Of a stretch of 53,143 nt of DNA, positions 15,424 to 27,299 are shown in pieces. The position numbers and the translations under genes are program-made. Position 1 is the stretch's first letter. The number at the start of each line of letters is the position of its first letter. The notes under the pieces were generated by a model. It had not been told where the DNA came from and ran no database searches. It was given only the letters and a program-made list of their open reading frames with translations. Origin of the DNA: Paraglomus brasilianum (taxonomy: Eukaryota); assembly GCA_910592345.1 (NCBI GenBank), contig CAJVPI010000110.1, positions 1 through 53,143 of the forward strand, given 5' to 3'.

Positions 15424-16740
15424 ATGACAGATTCTGGAGGTCAGTTTGTGCTAAAGCCCCACCGGCTTGTCTACATCATAGTTTGTGTGGATCCTGACTA
15501 GCTTTCAGCAAGTTTACTGTAAACGTTTCTTATACACACCAGAACCTTCAGAGACTCCATCAAGACGATCAAATGTGGAGCTTCCGACCAAGAGAAGACG
15601 AACTTTGAGATCAAGAGGCAAAACTAATCAGAATGTGAATGAAGAGGTCGTAACTGTCGATCCGCCGCAGGTTGTTGAAGCAGAAGACAGAAATAATAAT
15701 CAAGTGGAAAAGGTATACGTGTCAGATATAGTGAGACATTCTTTGATCGCATCTCATTAATATGCGATCTATCACAGGACCTGATTGTAACTGATGAATC
15801 TCTGCCAGTCTCGGACAAACCAGAAAATCAAGTTCAGGATGTCGATAAGGTATGTACGTAGACATACCTCTTATATAGTTTTTATGTGAGAATACGAGCA
15901 CTAATTAAGAAGAGTCTTGCAGGTGGTGATTACGGAAGTTATCATTTACAGCTTCGGGACGACGACAAGGTGTACTTGATAACGGCGAGACGTCGTTATC
16001 AAACGAAAAGCAAGCTCGAGGGAGAATATAGTATATGATAAAGTCTATAATATTAATCACTAATTCAATTGCCTATTTATTCGTAGACTGAGCAAGTAGG
16101 ATCTCCTTCGACAAAGGAAATTGACGAAAAACGAGAAAGTAGCTATACATGCAGATAATTCTCCTTGTCTGTCTTACTCAAAAATTAATATAATTTATTT
16201 TCATGTTTTATTCAGTTCCCCCGTCCAAGCACGAACCTACATCTACTTTATACATAAAAAACTTTGTGAGACCTTTCACCGTTATTATGGTTCGCGAGCT
16301 TCTGGATAGATTTGGGAAAGTGGAGTTCTTCTGGATGAATAAGATCAAGTCACATTGTTTTGTGCAGGTAAAAGTTCTTTTGTAATGTCATCACCGTTCA
16401 TCCTCGTTGGGTTTATTTAATTTGTTTATAATACGCTGATAGTACGAGACGGTCGATTCGGCAGCTAAAGCACGGCAGACTCTTTGGAATGTGCAATGGC
16501 CACATGAAACAGGTAGACCTCTCGACCTTGAATATATAGAGATAGAAAAAGCAAAAGAAATTATTTCAGAAGAAGAAGAGAAAGAAAGGAATACGAAGAA
16601 ACAAACTAGTATCGATGGCGAATGGAATCACAATAAATCTGTTAATGGTAACTGCATTGCCTGTTCATAATTGATTGTTTGATAATAGGTGATAATAAAT
16701 ATTCATCTTCCGTGTTTGCCAACTAGCACCTCTACTAGAA

Positions 16741-16774
<34 letters not shown>

Positions 16775-16980
16775 AGCAAAAACAACAGCAACAACAGCAA
16801 CAACAGCAACAACAACAACAACAGCAACCATCCAATCAGCAAAATTTCCGAATAGTCCCAATAGATAATCTCTTTAATAAAACCACGACAACTCCCCACT
16901 TATACTACAAACAAGTGTCACGGGAAGAAGCAGAAGTTCGATTGCGTCAGCTAACCAAGGAGAAAAGTAGAAGATCGTGA
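15424..16980 (+). CDS. Acinus-like RRM protein with RSB (RNPS1-SAP18 binding) motif and polyQ, about 8 exons
   Basis: RRM exons TLYIKNFVRPFT...FWMNKIKSHCFV and LWNVQWP..GRPL. C-terminal IDNLFNKTTTTPPLYYK matches the RSB motif. ATG 15424, TGA 16978-16980; one small internal exon (~15923-15969) is ambiguous. Confidence 0.85.
16741..16827 (+). repeat. Coding CAG/CAA repeat (polyglutamine)
   Basis: In-frame CAG/CAA run with one AAA interruption in the last exon of the Acinus-like gene. Confidence 0.9.
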
Positions 16981-17262
16981 TTCAAACAGGAAAATAGCAG
17001 TATGATTATCTATTAATACCTCAATCTTTGTCTGGTCTCCACATTGGAAGGGATCTATCTTGAATTTATCTGTTCATTTCTGAAGCATTTATTTGTGGTC
17101 ACTGCCTTGCAACAATAAACTTTTGTTTCTTACGGCCGTAGGAGGCACATGTAGGCTATTGGCTAGTTTACGAATATTAGACATTAATGGCAGTGAGACT
17201 CTTTGAAGATAATTCGAATTGGCAGTTCCATAGTATTGTTCGGTATTATGTATATACATGTA

Positions 17263-18080
17263 CAGTGTAACGAAAATAATGGCGGGACAAAAAAAATCTC
17301 TATTTCGATAAACACAAAAGATAATTAAACAAAATGTTGTTACTTAAAGTTTATTACATACTTTATTAACAGAACAGATTTTAATATGCCATCATTTTTT
17401 ATAACTAATTTTCATTGAGCGTATTAAAATTTTCAGAATATTCCCATTCCTCAATCATATACTGCTTTAATTCATCAATGTCTTGTGGATACGCTTTTCT
17501 ACATTATTTTTTACACTCTGCACACACATTTTCAATAGAGTTTAAGTCGGGACTATTGGATGGCCAGTCCGCGACTCGAATTTTAAAAAGGGCGTTTAAC
17601 CTTTTAAAGAATTTCCGCCCCATGCCATAATCTTTTCGGCAGACGTCGGTGGGCCTATTGTGTTCTTTAGGACGCCTTGTTCCTGAAACGTCGCGCCCAG
17701 GCTTTCGTGTCACCATATGACGACTAGTTAACGTAGGCGTTGCAAGAGGCACAGAACTATGGTGTCATTTTTTTTCTCATATGCCTGCATGCTCTTTTTT
17801 AGCTAATAGAGCAAGGTGGCGTACCGTAAGACCGATGATGATGCTGGCGAGCGAGAGTTTGTGTAACTTCTCACTAACGCGCTTACGCTCAATTGTACCC
17901 GTTTGTCAAAAATGTGAAATAGTTTGACGCTGAGCCTCGAGTCTTGCACTAACCATGTTTTAAAGTAAAACAGAAAACGGTATCAAAGGTTTGTTTAAAC
18001 AACAGATGTTAATACATGAATCGCGTAAACAATCGCGTTTGTAGTCATTTCTTAACCGACATTATTTTCGGTAAACACTG
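17263..18080 (-). mobile_element. Non-autonomous Tc1-family element
   Basis: TA|cagtgtaacgaaaataatg...cattattttcggtaaacactg|TA: CAGTG-terminal TIRs with TA TSD. Minus-strand WPSNSPDLNSIENV transposase motif. Confidence 0.9.
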
Positions 18081-18135
18081 TATATATTTATGAGTATGTG
18101 ATATATACGTATACGTTGGTTGGTTACGCAACACA

Positions 18136-19967
18136 TCAACCTTCTCCAATAAATTGCATGAAATTTGTATGTGTCCTCTCGACTGTTTCCTTCGGCGTCC
18201 AATTCTTTACCATGGCTACGGCTTCTACTATTTCCCGCATTAGCCCATCCAATCCAATCGGGGAATGAAAATCGGACTCGATTAGCAATCTGTCTTCCGG
18301 TACGGCGCTCACCAATTCAGAAAAGCGTCTATTCCGTCCATTAAGTATACTACTAAATGAGAAATACATATCAACCGGAAATTTCTTCTTTTTTGTAGAT
18401 TGAGTCAATAATTTGATGGTATCAACTGATCCACTATACGAGTGTATACAAATGCGCGGAGGGAGAGGTTGTTGCTTTCCAAACTTGCTCTGTATAAGCG
18501 AGACAAATTGTCCCGTCGATCGCACACAGTGTAAACTTACGCTGCGATTATGCTTTGCAGCTAAATCGAGCTGTTTCTCGAGAACGGCTGCTTGGTGATC
18601 CATTGAAGTTTGTATTTTCGTTGGAGTCTGAGTAGTTGGTGATAGTAATTTTGCGGATGTATCCAGACCTACTTCTCCAAGGTGACTGCGGGGATAGGCT
18701 ATCAGAAGTTTTTCGACAGTGGTCAGCCAGTTGGACAGTGGTATTGGAGATGGTAAAGAACTTATAATAGTCCCAAGAGAATCTTCGTCACTAGACGTTT
18801 TGTTAGATTCGGTATTCACAAGAACAGAGCGATAATGTAGTTCTTTGTCTGGCACATCTTCTAAAGATAGACCGTGAACAAACCATGGATGGAGGCCTAT
18901 AATGCAAAGCTGTCAGCCTAGCTTGCTTAAATACACTACCTGGACAAAAAGTCTTGCACATCCACAAATTTATTAATTATACACATAATAATCATGTCTC
19001 AAATTTTAAATTGATTTTGAAAAAACATCTGTGTAGTTTTTGTGTTATTTATAAACCAACATCAGATTATATGAATGTCAATGTGGTAAAATTATTTGGC
19101 TTTACAAAAATAATCAAAATTAAAATGGCTGCTCAAAGTTCATTAAACAACTCTCATATGTTAAAAGTACATTAACAGAGACAGTCTTGATACTTGTCCT
19201 GGTCTGAGCAACTTAATCTGAAATTATTGACTAATGAAAGTAAAAAAGTACTGTTAAAAAAAAAAACAAATAAAAACCAGCTGATTAAGTAAAAAAAAAA
19301 TGTTGAAAAAAATTTTCTACTAAAACAATTAGCAGAAATTTGCATAAAATAAAGATTTCTTCTCATGTATCCAACTCAAAACTTATTCTAAGCAACCAGC
19401 AAAGAGCCTAAAGTGGTACACTGAAAAGAGAGATTGGATTTTGAAAATGGAATATGGTATATGGAGTGATGAGAGCAGATTTGTGATATTTAAAAATGAC
19501 AGTTCAAGCTGTGTTGGAGAATCCTGATATTTGACTGCACTGCAGGAAAAATGGGACAAGATCTCAAAGAATTAACTAATACTAATGAGCTTGACAGAAA
19601 ATGTGCCACTGAGAATAGAAGTGGTTATTACAAACAACAGGTGTCTAACAAATATTTATTTATATTAATAATTACTTTATTTGTTAAAATATGACATGTT
19701 AAAATTTGAAACACAATTATTATGTGTATTTCTGTGCAATTCATAAAGACTTCTCCTCCAACACCATTATAGTGACGCACCAAAGAATGGTATAACTTTC
19801 TCTTTAAAGTCACCAGCCAATTTTGCAACAATATCCAAATCATCCATATGGGTTCCCATGACACCTAGTCTTCCTGTCTTAACTTGTTCTCCAAGTCGAC
19901 TGATATTTTCCTTGTCATCATGAAGATGTGTATGGGCATCACACACAGCTGACCATTGCCAATCCAT
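18136..19967 (-). CDS. TatD-family metallo-hydrolase/DNase (Scn1-like), 2 exons (19967-19781, 18896-18136)
   Basis: DAHTHL, PFFG^LHPW formed across the splice junction, GEVGLD, SLHCVR, IHSYSG, LIESD. Confidence 0.92.
18934..19760 (+). mobile_element. Deleted Tc1-family element inside the TatD intron
   Basis: Left end ta|cactacctggacaaaaagtcttgcaca. WSDESRF at 19462; C-terminal LQEKWDKI and SLTENVPLRIEVVI. Degenerate inverted copy of the left end at ~19698-19760. Confidence 0.85.
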
Positions 19968-20699
19968 CTGATCAAGTTCTTGTTGAGTAAGTAACTGAAA
20001 TCAACAGCCCCTAATTATATCACCTGATCTTTAATTCAAGGGTGTCAATATTACGTCATAATATAAAATCGATGATCTGTTTAACGCTCTTAGCATCTTT
20101 TTGACGTTATATTTATGATCCGTCCTTTACAAGTGGGGATAGATCGTAAACGTTTATTCATTCCGAAAGTTAGTCCTATCACAAACTAAAAGCGAATGTA
20201 CTATTTGTTCAATAACTTGTAATTTATAATAAGTACAAAAAAAAAAAGATGCTATACATTTATATCTTCGTTGACAATCATTCTAAACGTTTTATTTGAA
20301 ATTAATAGTTATTATGGTAGACGCGTATGTAACGACAAATAGGTTAAAAATTGCTGTCGCTAAAGTGAAAAGATATTGACACAACCGTTAAAAACGTCAA
20401 CGGAGATAAAGCCAATTATTGAGTTGGAATTTTTATCTAGAATGCAGGTATATATATACCACATGAACTTTCGCAACAATTAACTAAGCAAATACTGACT
20501 AGTTCTCTGAAGATTGACCTTATAGATATGAGTGCGCGACCGGATGGAGAATATCGCGACCTCTGAAATGCCTTGTTTAATAAAATTTTTGAAGTGGTAA
20601 TGGCAAAGTGAGGCCGAAAGAAAAAATAATAACCCGGACTTTTCGAGGTTACAAATTATGAACTAGAAAAAAAATATATCACCGGGCTTTTAGAAATAA

Positions 20700-21300
20700 C
20701 AGGAGAAGATAAACAGATTCCACGTTCCTCTTGATGTCCTCGACTAGCTTCTACGTTAGCGCTTCGTCACAATTACTATCATCCCCACTATCACCCCCTC
20801 AATCGCGCAACCGGTTTTGGATAGCTCACGCAAGGGATCACTTTACCCGATTCTCCTGGACAAGATCACTAAAGAGCAAAGAGGCAAAGAATGTTGCTCG
20901 CACAGCTGCCTCACGAAGAAAACCGCCATGACAATCTACCGCATTCTTATCCTCAGCAAGTTCCGATTCCCACTTCCCAAAATTCATTGCAAACGAATCT
21001 AATGGATATCGCTCTTTACCCAAACACATGATAATAAATGGTCGTCCGCGTCATCCCCGGTCACAGGGATTATTGTAAAAGGGGAATGACATATTGGAGA
21101 CAAAACTTTCGGCCTGGTTGGAGGATAATAAGCGTGATGGTTAGAGTTTTGGATTGCCGATGGTTACATGTCAGTATTTCAAGTAATATACAGTACATAA
21201 TGTACGGTGTCTTACTCGTTATAACAAACAAATCAACTTACATATAGGGGCAATGAACACCCTACGAGTTTGTGTTTGGACAAGAACCTCGTTCCAGACT
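20700..21300 (+). mobile_element. Ginger/GIN-type integrase remnant
   Basis: RDHFTRFSWTRSLKSKEAKNVA (first catalytic Asp region) and TPYEFVFGQEPR (~21257-21292). The intervening core is missing or disrupted. Confidence 0.7.
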
Positions 21301-21658
21301 ATCGCAGAGTTTCCAGAACCTGAACAACGTGCCCGTTGATAATGCGTTTGAGAAAGCATTCCTGAATATCGTTTACAGAGCTCTGCTGCGTCTGTTAATT
21401 CTGTATGTCATTACAAGCCAGGTTGTGTTAATAACCGGTGTACGTGTAAAGAGCAGGAGTTACTTGTGGCTCTCGCTTCCATTTTTTCATATGTAAACAA
21501 TAAAGTGTAATAGTAATAGTAAACAGTAACAGTAACTTAATCTGTTACGTCATAAATTGAATATTCGAGCAATTCTGACCAATTACGTCAATGGGATGCT
21601 TTGTAATCTTTTAGATGCATTCTTTCGACAGGGTCGATATTCTTTTAACTAATTCAGT

Positions 21659-22392
21659 ATGAGCGCTCAAGGAAACGTCAACGCGTTCGCACAGTATCCG
21701 CTTATTGCAAGCGCGTTCGTCGCTGATTATTATAATAAAATGAGTCGCAATAGAGCAGAAGTCGTCAACCTTTATGTAAGTCTAGAACAAAGAATCAACT
21801 GTCACGCAGTTTTACGTTGTCACTGACTGCGTACATAAGACTCGTTTTCCGTATTATTTAATCAACTTTTGCTTGATGTAAATGCAGCATCCGGAAGCGA
21901 TGATGACGTATGAAGGAGAAGAATATTTTAGGCGAGACAAAGTTTCGGAAAAGCTGGCGGTGAGTCGATGTGTTGGATAACATTTTTCCAACGTGCGAGG
22001 TTTACATGAGACAAAGCTAACAATTCTGTGTTTCGTCTGTTTGAATTCTTAGAAATTACAATTCTCAAGTTGTGAATTTCGAGCGCAGACTTTTGATGCT
22101 CATCCTGTTTCTGTGAATCAGATCTTTGTCATGATTACTGGGATGTTACTGGTACGATAATGCTTTCATCGTGATTGTATCCGTAATAAATATTGTTCAA
22201 TGTCATATTATATCTGACGGTTAACATGACAATGCACCCCACTTTTAGGTTGATGGAGAAACCAACCCTACACGTTTTGCACAGTTTCTAACTCTTGAAG
22301 TATACGATTTTGTTCCACCACGGACCGAAGCAGAACTTGGTGTGGTCTCGGCTTTGATAAGGAACGATATTTTCCGTTTGAATTATGGTTGA
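21659..22392 (+). CDS. NTF2: Nuclear transport factor 2 family protein, 143 aa, 4 exons (21659-21775, 21888-21959, 22053-22151, 22249-22392)
   Basis: All three introns are GT-AG and phase 0. Protein: AFVADYY..LY, MMTYEG, TFDAHP, FVMITGMLLVDGETNPTRFAQ, NDIFRLNYG*. Absent from the ORF track. Confidence 0.9.
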
Positions 22393-23222
22393 TACAAGCC
22401 AACGATGGAGCAGATTAATAGATGGAGGCTATGCCACGGTCACTACATTTTATATTATCAGCACGATTGTCGTATGATGTTTTCTTATGGGACATCATCA
22501 ACTTGAAAAGGGCTCAATAAACGATTAGTTAAGAATACTGAGATTTTTGTATGTTATGACGAATACTGTATGGAAACTTAACCAATTCTCATGCGAATAA
22601 ACGAACGTTTCACGTTCTGTTGAACTAATAACAGCTTTCACTGATGTACTAACTGTGCACTTCATAGAATAACATTATTACAACTGCACTCACAAGGTTA
22701 ATATTACATGTTATATCGATATTACCGTCAAAAGCAGTTATACTAATCATGGTATTCTATTACATAATTATCTAACAACGTAATTATGGTGCTAATATTC
22801 GATCGAATGCTAGGTATCTTTTGTCAAGGAGCCTACATTGACAAAATTATTCATTAATAAATACTGATGCTGGAGGATGCAACGCCACGGTTTCCTTGTA
22901 AAAATCACCGCGTGAACGACAACATTAGCTATCCCCCCATTGAGAAACCTCCGTAAATAAAGGCAACTTCCTGCTCATGATAATAGCGTAGAATCTTCCC
23001 TTTAAAATGAAACCGACTGACGGCTTAACACATTCTGTATTCGCCAAAAGTATGCTGAATGTAACAATTGTATTTATATATACTTGCGAATTTGTATAGT
23101 CTAGACTCGTCCATGCACTTTTTGATATTGATTTGGTACGTGATACGTATATAACATATCTCACTCGTTTATTACCAAATGTTTATTTTCAAGCTTGGCA
23201 AAGTTAAAACTATAAAATTACC

Positions 23223-23276
23223 CCAAGCCTGATGAGGAAACCCTGAAATTGGTAAATCTAGAACCAATAGTTTTGG
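23223..23276 (+). ncRNA. Type I hammerhead ribozyme
   Basis: Stem I ccaagc/gttttgg (one bulge); core CTGATGA 23229-35; minimal stem II 23236-44; GAAA 23245-48; stem III ttggt/accaa; AUA cleavage triplet, predicted cut after 23269. Confidence 0.8.
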
Positions 23277-23381
23277 AGTAAACTTTTCTTTTCTGCCGTC
23301 TACTTTTAAAGCATTACACTTCAAACCCTAACCCTTAACACCCAAGCTATCTTACCCTTATCACAAACTTCACTTAACAAA

Positions 23382-23700
23382 ATGTCTCTCAGTTCTCGCC
23401 TTACCGCTGAACAAAGCACATTCATTGATAACTTGGTTGGAGATTCTCAAACCCAGTTGAGACAATTAAAAGAGACTATGGAAAATTCCGCAAAAGCAAC
23501 TGCCTTGCCTCTGCCTTCGATAAAGCCCTCTTTGCTTCTAACCCTACTCTTTAACCATTCCGTCGTTCAAGGATATAAACTCAATCGATGATATTCAAAC
23601 TGCAATGGAAATTGACAATAGCGACAATTCGTTACCTAATGTCATCAAATCTATAAGCACTTTTCCAGTGACTTCTTCTGTAGGTAAAAAGGTTTAAGAA
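23382..23700 (+). pseudogene. Truncated ORF1-like 5' fragment of a putative retroelement downstream of the hammerhead
   Basis: ATG about 110 nt after the cleavage site; coiled-coil-like TQLRQLKETMEN. The frame breaks near 23590. Family assignment is by context only. Confidence 0.4.
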
Positions 23701-23880
23701 CTATGTTCTGACTAGCCTTAAAAGGCCAGGCCAGGATAAGTAGCTACCATTCTGGGAATTGGCCCGTTTCGGGGTTATCACATTACAGTAATCCCGTGCA
23801 CCAATAAATTACATTTGGATGATGGAAGCAAATAGTGTCGCCCGTTCTTAGAATGGGCCATGGGCCGTAACAATAATGTA

Positions 23881-24310
23881 CAGAGACACCTCTATAAGTG
23901 CACGCTAGGACTTATAGAGCAACGAATACCAGAAAACTGTTACACATAATAGTGACTAGTACTGTCTCTTATTATCAAAATTATGCACTTTAAGAAAAAT
24001 ATGTGTCAATGTTAGTTTGACGCATTGAGCTTGTTTTCCTGACTTCAGCAAACTTTTCAAATTTTGTAAAGAGGTTATATATTTTCCGCATTGTCTGTTG
24101 TAAAAGAAAGGCACGTACTATTTCCAAGCTAGCAATTGCTGTGCTAGTGCTAATAATAATAACAGGACTTTCTTCACTATCATCTATGTCGTCTACACCT
24201 GTAATTGCTTGATCAGTATCCTTAAAGAGATATACAAGTTCGTGGTTGTTGTCAGGAACTTCATAAATATTATTCTCTTCAGGAATGTCGAGCAACTATT
24301 TACAACAATT
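23881..24310 (-). mobile_element. pogo/Tigger (CENP-B-like) transposon 3' end
   Basis: ta|cagagacacctctataag TIR-like end. Acidic C-terminal ORF ...DDSEESPVI..AIASLEIVRAFLLQQ...RQTNIDTYFS*. Confidence 0.75.
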
Positions 24311-24789
24311 ATTTATTGTATTATTGTGGCATTTATGTCATCTTTGCTTAATTTGGAAAATGTGATTAAAATTTTTACATAATACAATTTTGTAAGCACG
24401 AGTGTATTTACTAGTACTAATAAGTAAACTATTGCAGCTTTGTGGCGTTTAATTGGCTGACTTTTTTTTAATGTCATGTGCTGCACTTGAGGTGTCTCTG
24501 TATTGCTTATAATGTCTGCAGAAAACATGCATATGAACATCATACTAATGTCATAATCAACAATGCTGAGAAAAGCTCTTAGACGAAGTAAAACTTAACA
24601 ATAGTCTCTCTGCAGCAAGAAAGCGAACATTTCATCATGTGAACAAAAATGTATGGTGTGGCTAATAAATTAAAGCTTTGTGTAGTGGCGCAGCAGTGGC
24701 ACATTATTACAGCAAAATAACAAACCAGAGAAACCACAAATTTTCAGTGTATACATACAAACACCCTCGTAAGTCATGAGTGTACTCAT

Positions 24790-26788
24790 TCAATGATCAT
24801 TTATAAGATTCCCAATGATGATAAACTCAAAAAGCTTCACCCTACTGATTTGATATTGAAGAGTCTTTTGTGCATTTTGCATAAGTATAAGGGTCTGAAG
24901 AACCTCATCAAAAAAACTCATCAAATTGCAAGACTCCCAGGAGAGATAGCTTAGTATTGATCTTGAAAGGATTTGCGCTTGTATTCTGATGTCCCAATAC
25001 ATTATTTGTCATCCATGCATAGGAAATGGTTAACCTGCCATATAAGCTATGGCTTCTTTTGGAAGAAGACCCAACTCCAATCAAGTTCAGGTTCACCCAG
25101 GACAACGTGGGCATTGAAAATCCAGACTTGAGCGATCTCGCAGAATTACTCTAAGAAAAATGAGCAACTCAAAGAGGGCCAAACAAACTTGAATTTTTCG
25201 GTGATGCGTCATCCGGTGAGGAGACACAGCTGCAGCATGGCAGACAAACCTCTTTGCCCTGATATCCTCGTTGAACATTTGAAGACATCTGACCTGTCTC
25301 CTCTCATTGTCAGATATCTGCTGTCTAACAAAACGAGTAAGTCGATTTCTTTTCTTATTTCTCTGAGCTTTTGGTTTGAGCTCTTATTTTTACATTCCTC
25401 TCATGTAGTTGTTGCCTATGTGAAGATGGCAAATGTTACCACAAAGCTTACCATTCCACACAGTACTGGGGCTTGGCACTGAGACCAAAGACAGCTATAC
25501 TATACTTCAAGATGGCTCTGAATTCCACTTGAACTGGTGAAGGAGAAGGAAGTCATACATAACAAGCTTGTTTTTAACCACATGCTTGACATTGCAGAGC
25601 AAAATGTGAAAAACGAGGTCATCCTTAATCTCACTGTTAGGATTAAAGGTAAGGCTATCTTGAACCCTGCAATCTGTCCATGGTGCTCATAATAATAAGT
25701 CTTTTTGGTGACTGTTTAACAGGAAAAAAGGCCTATGGTATAAAAAGGCAAAGAAGGCAAAGCAGGACATATCAGGTCTATCACAGAATAAAAAGTCTCA
25801 GCAATCAACCATAACCATACAATGTTGTGAGCCCAAAGTTTGAGATGTGAGGGAGATGGTTGTCCTCCCCTTCGTGGAGTCTCTGATACTGACAGCACAT
25901 TGGATTCAATCATCTTTCTTTTCAATTTATTAGGTTCACTCTGTTCACTCTCACTCTTATGCTTAATTGAAGTGATTACACCTTCTAGACTCTCCAAGGC
26001 ACCATGATTTAGCTTACTTGCATAGTTTTGGTTTGCCCGCATTGCTTGTAGCAGTCCATATAACTTATTTTGCAGTAAAATATTCATATGTAAGCTCTAT
26101 TAGTATTAGAATAATATTTCTCATAAGTACCTGAAGATCTGTTAACTTCTTCTCTTCTAATTCGGCTTCAACAGATGTCCAAATTTTGTCTAAGACTCCT
26201 CCTTTTCGACGTCCTCGCTATGTAATTGTTAGTTTAACAGCTAATTGTAGGTTATTACAGATAGCAATAGTGAAGTGTTACAACTAGCCACAACGATCGT
26301 CACTCATCAGATCATAAACGGGGCATCAAGCAGAATTCCCGCATAGTCGCAGTTGATAGTACAATTAAAGTACCAATTAAAGCACCCTTATTGCTAAAAG
26401 CTAGCTGTCCACGACGATCGTCACTCATCGGATCATAAACGGGGCATCAAGCAGAATTCCCGCATAGTCGTAGAGATCCAAACCAACTAAACCGTTGATA
26501 TGGCTACGGCCTAAGAGAACTTCTATCCAGTTGCAACATCACATTTGCACAAGGAAAAACTACACTTACCTTAGCTGTTTCTTGAAGTTTTAATGCCTTT
26601 CTTATTGTATCAACATTAGATGACGTGTTCACAATACTTCGCAAACTCTTGTTGAGTTTGTCTGCAGCCCTCTTGTACTCGAGTCTTTCCGGTCTATCTT
26701 TGTTTTTTTCTATGAAAAAGCGATGGAACTCAACGATATTCCACTCAATAGGATTCTTCAAATCGAAGTATGATTGCTTGTTGGTCAT
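24790..26788 (-). pseudogene. Spliced, decayed gene of an unidentified family
   Basis: Exon 1 MTNKQSYFDLKNPIEWNIVEF...ETAK (26788-26570, GTAAGT donor), exon 2 about 26217-26131, exon 3 from ~26096. The downstream region is fragmented by stops and frameshifts. Confidence 0.5.
26288..26474 (-). repeat. Two ~65-nt direct repeats (period 121) in intron 1, each folding as a three-way junction
   Basis: 26288-26352 and 26409-26473 are near identical; differences fall mainly in the closing stem and preserve pairing on the minus strand. Confidence 0.85.
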
Positions 26789-27299
26789 TTCCTGCAGGTC
26801 ATGCAAAATAAGGTGAATAACGGCATCTCTGGCAAGTAGTTTATCTGAGTTCCTGTGACGGAAAAAGGGTTTTTTTTGTTGTCTTCCACTGGTCCTTGCA
26901 TTTAAAATGAGTATTTGACAACATAACAATAACGCGTTTTCAAAATGACACTACAGTCAGGAGTTTTACCGATTCGGACAACGCAGATCGCACCTTTTAT
27001 GATAAGAAAACAATTCTAGAAATTTCCAGCATTAGATTGCAGAACAATAATGCAAAAAAAAAAAAGTTTATTCAAGTATATACGTACAATTCAGTTGCTT
27101 TTGTTTTAATTTATCAATGTGTTCTTTTTTATTAAGTTCAGAAAAAAAATCTCTTGGGGAGATTACCTAGTGACGAATGGCATAATGCCGCGTGTTCATG
27201 GTGATGTAAAAAAAAGTACTGCAATGGAAGACCAAAATAACAATTGACAAAACGTTACCGCAACTGTGAAGAATTTTCTGAGAATTATTACTATGCTGA

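Noticed and set aside
23704..23871. TGTT...AACA-bounded segment as a solo LTR
   Set aside because: No TSD and no second copy visible.
26299..26312. CTGATGAG on the minus strand as a hammerhead core
   Set aside because: No stem II followed by GAAA, and the second copy reads CCGATGAG.
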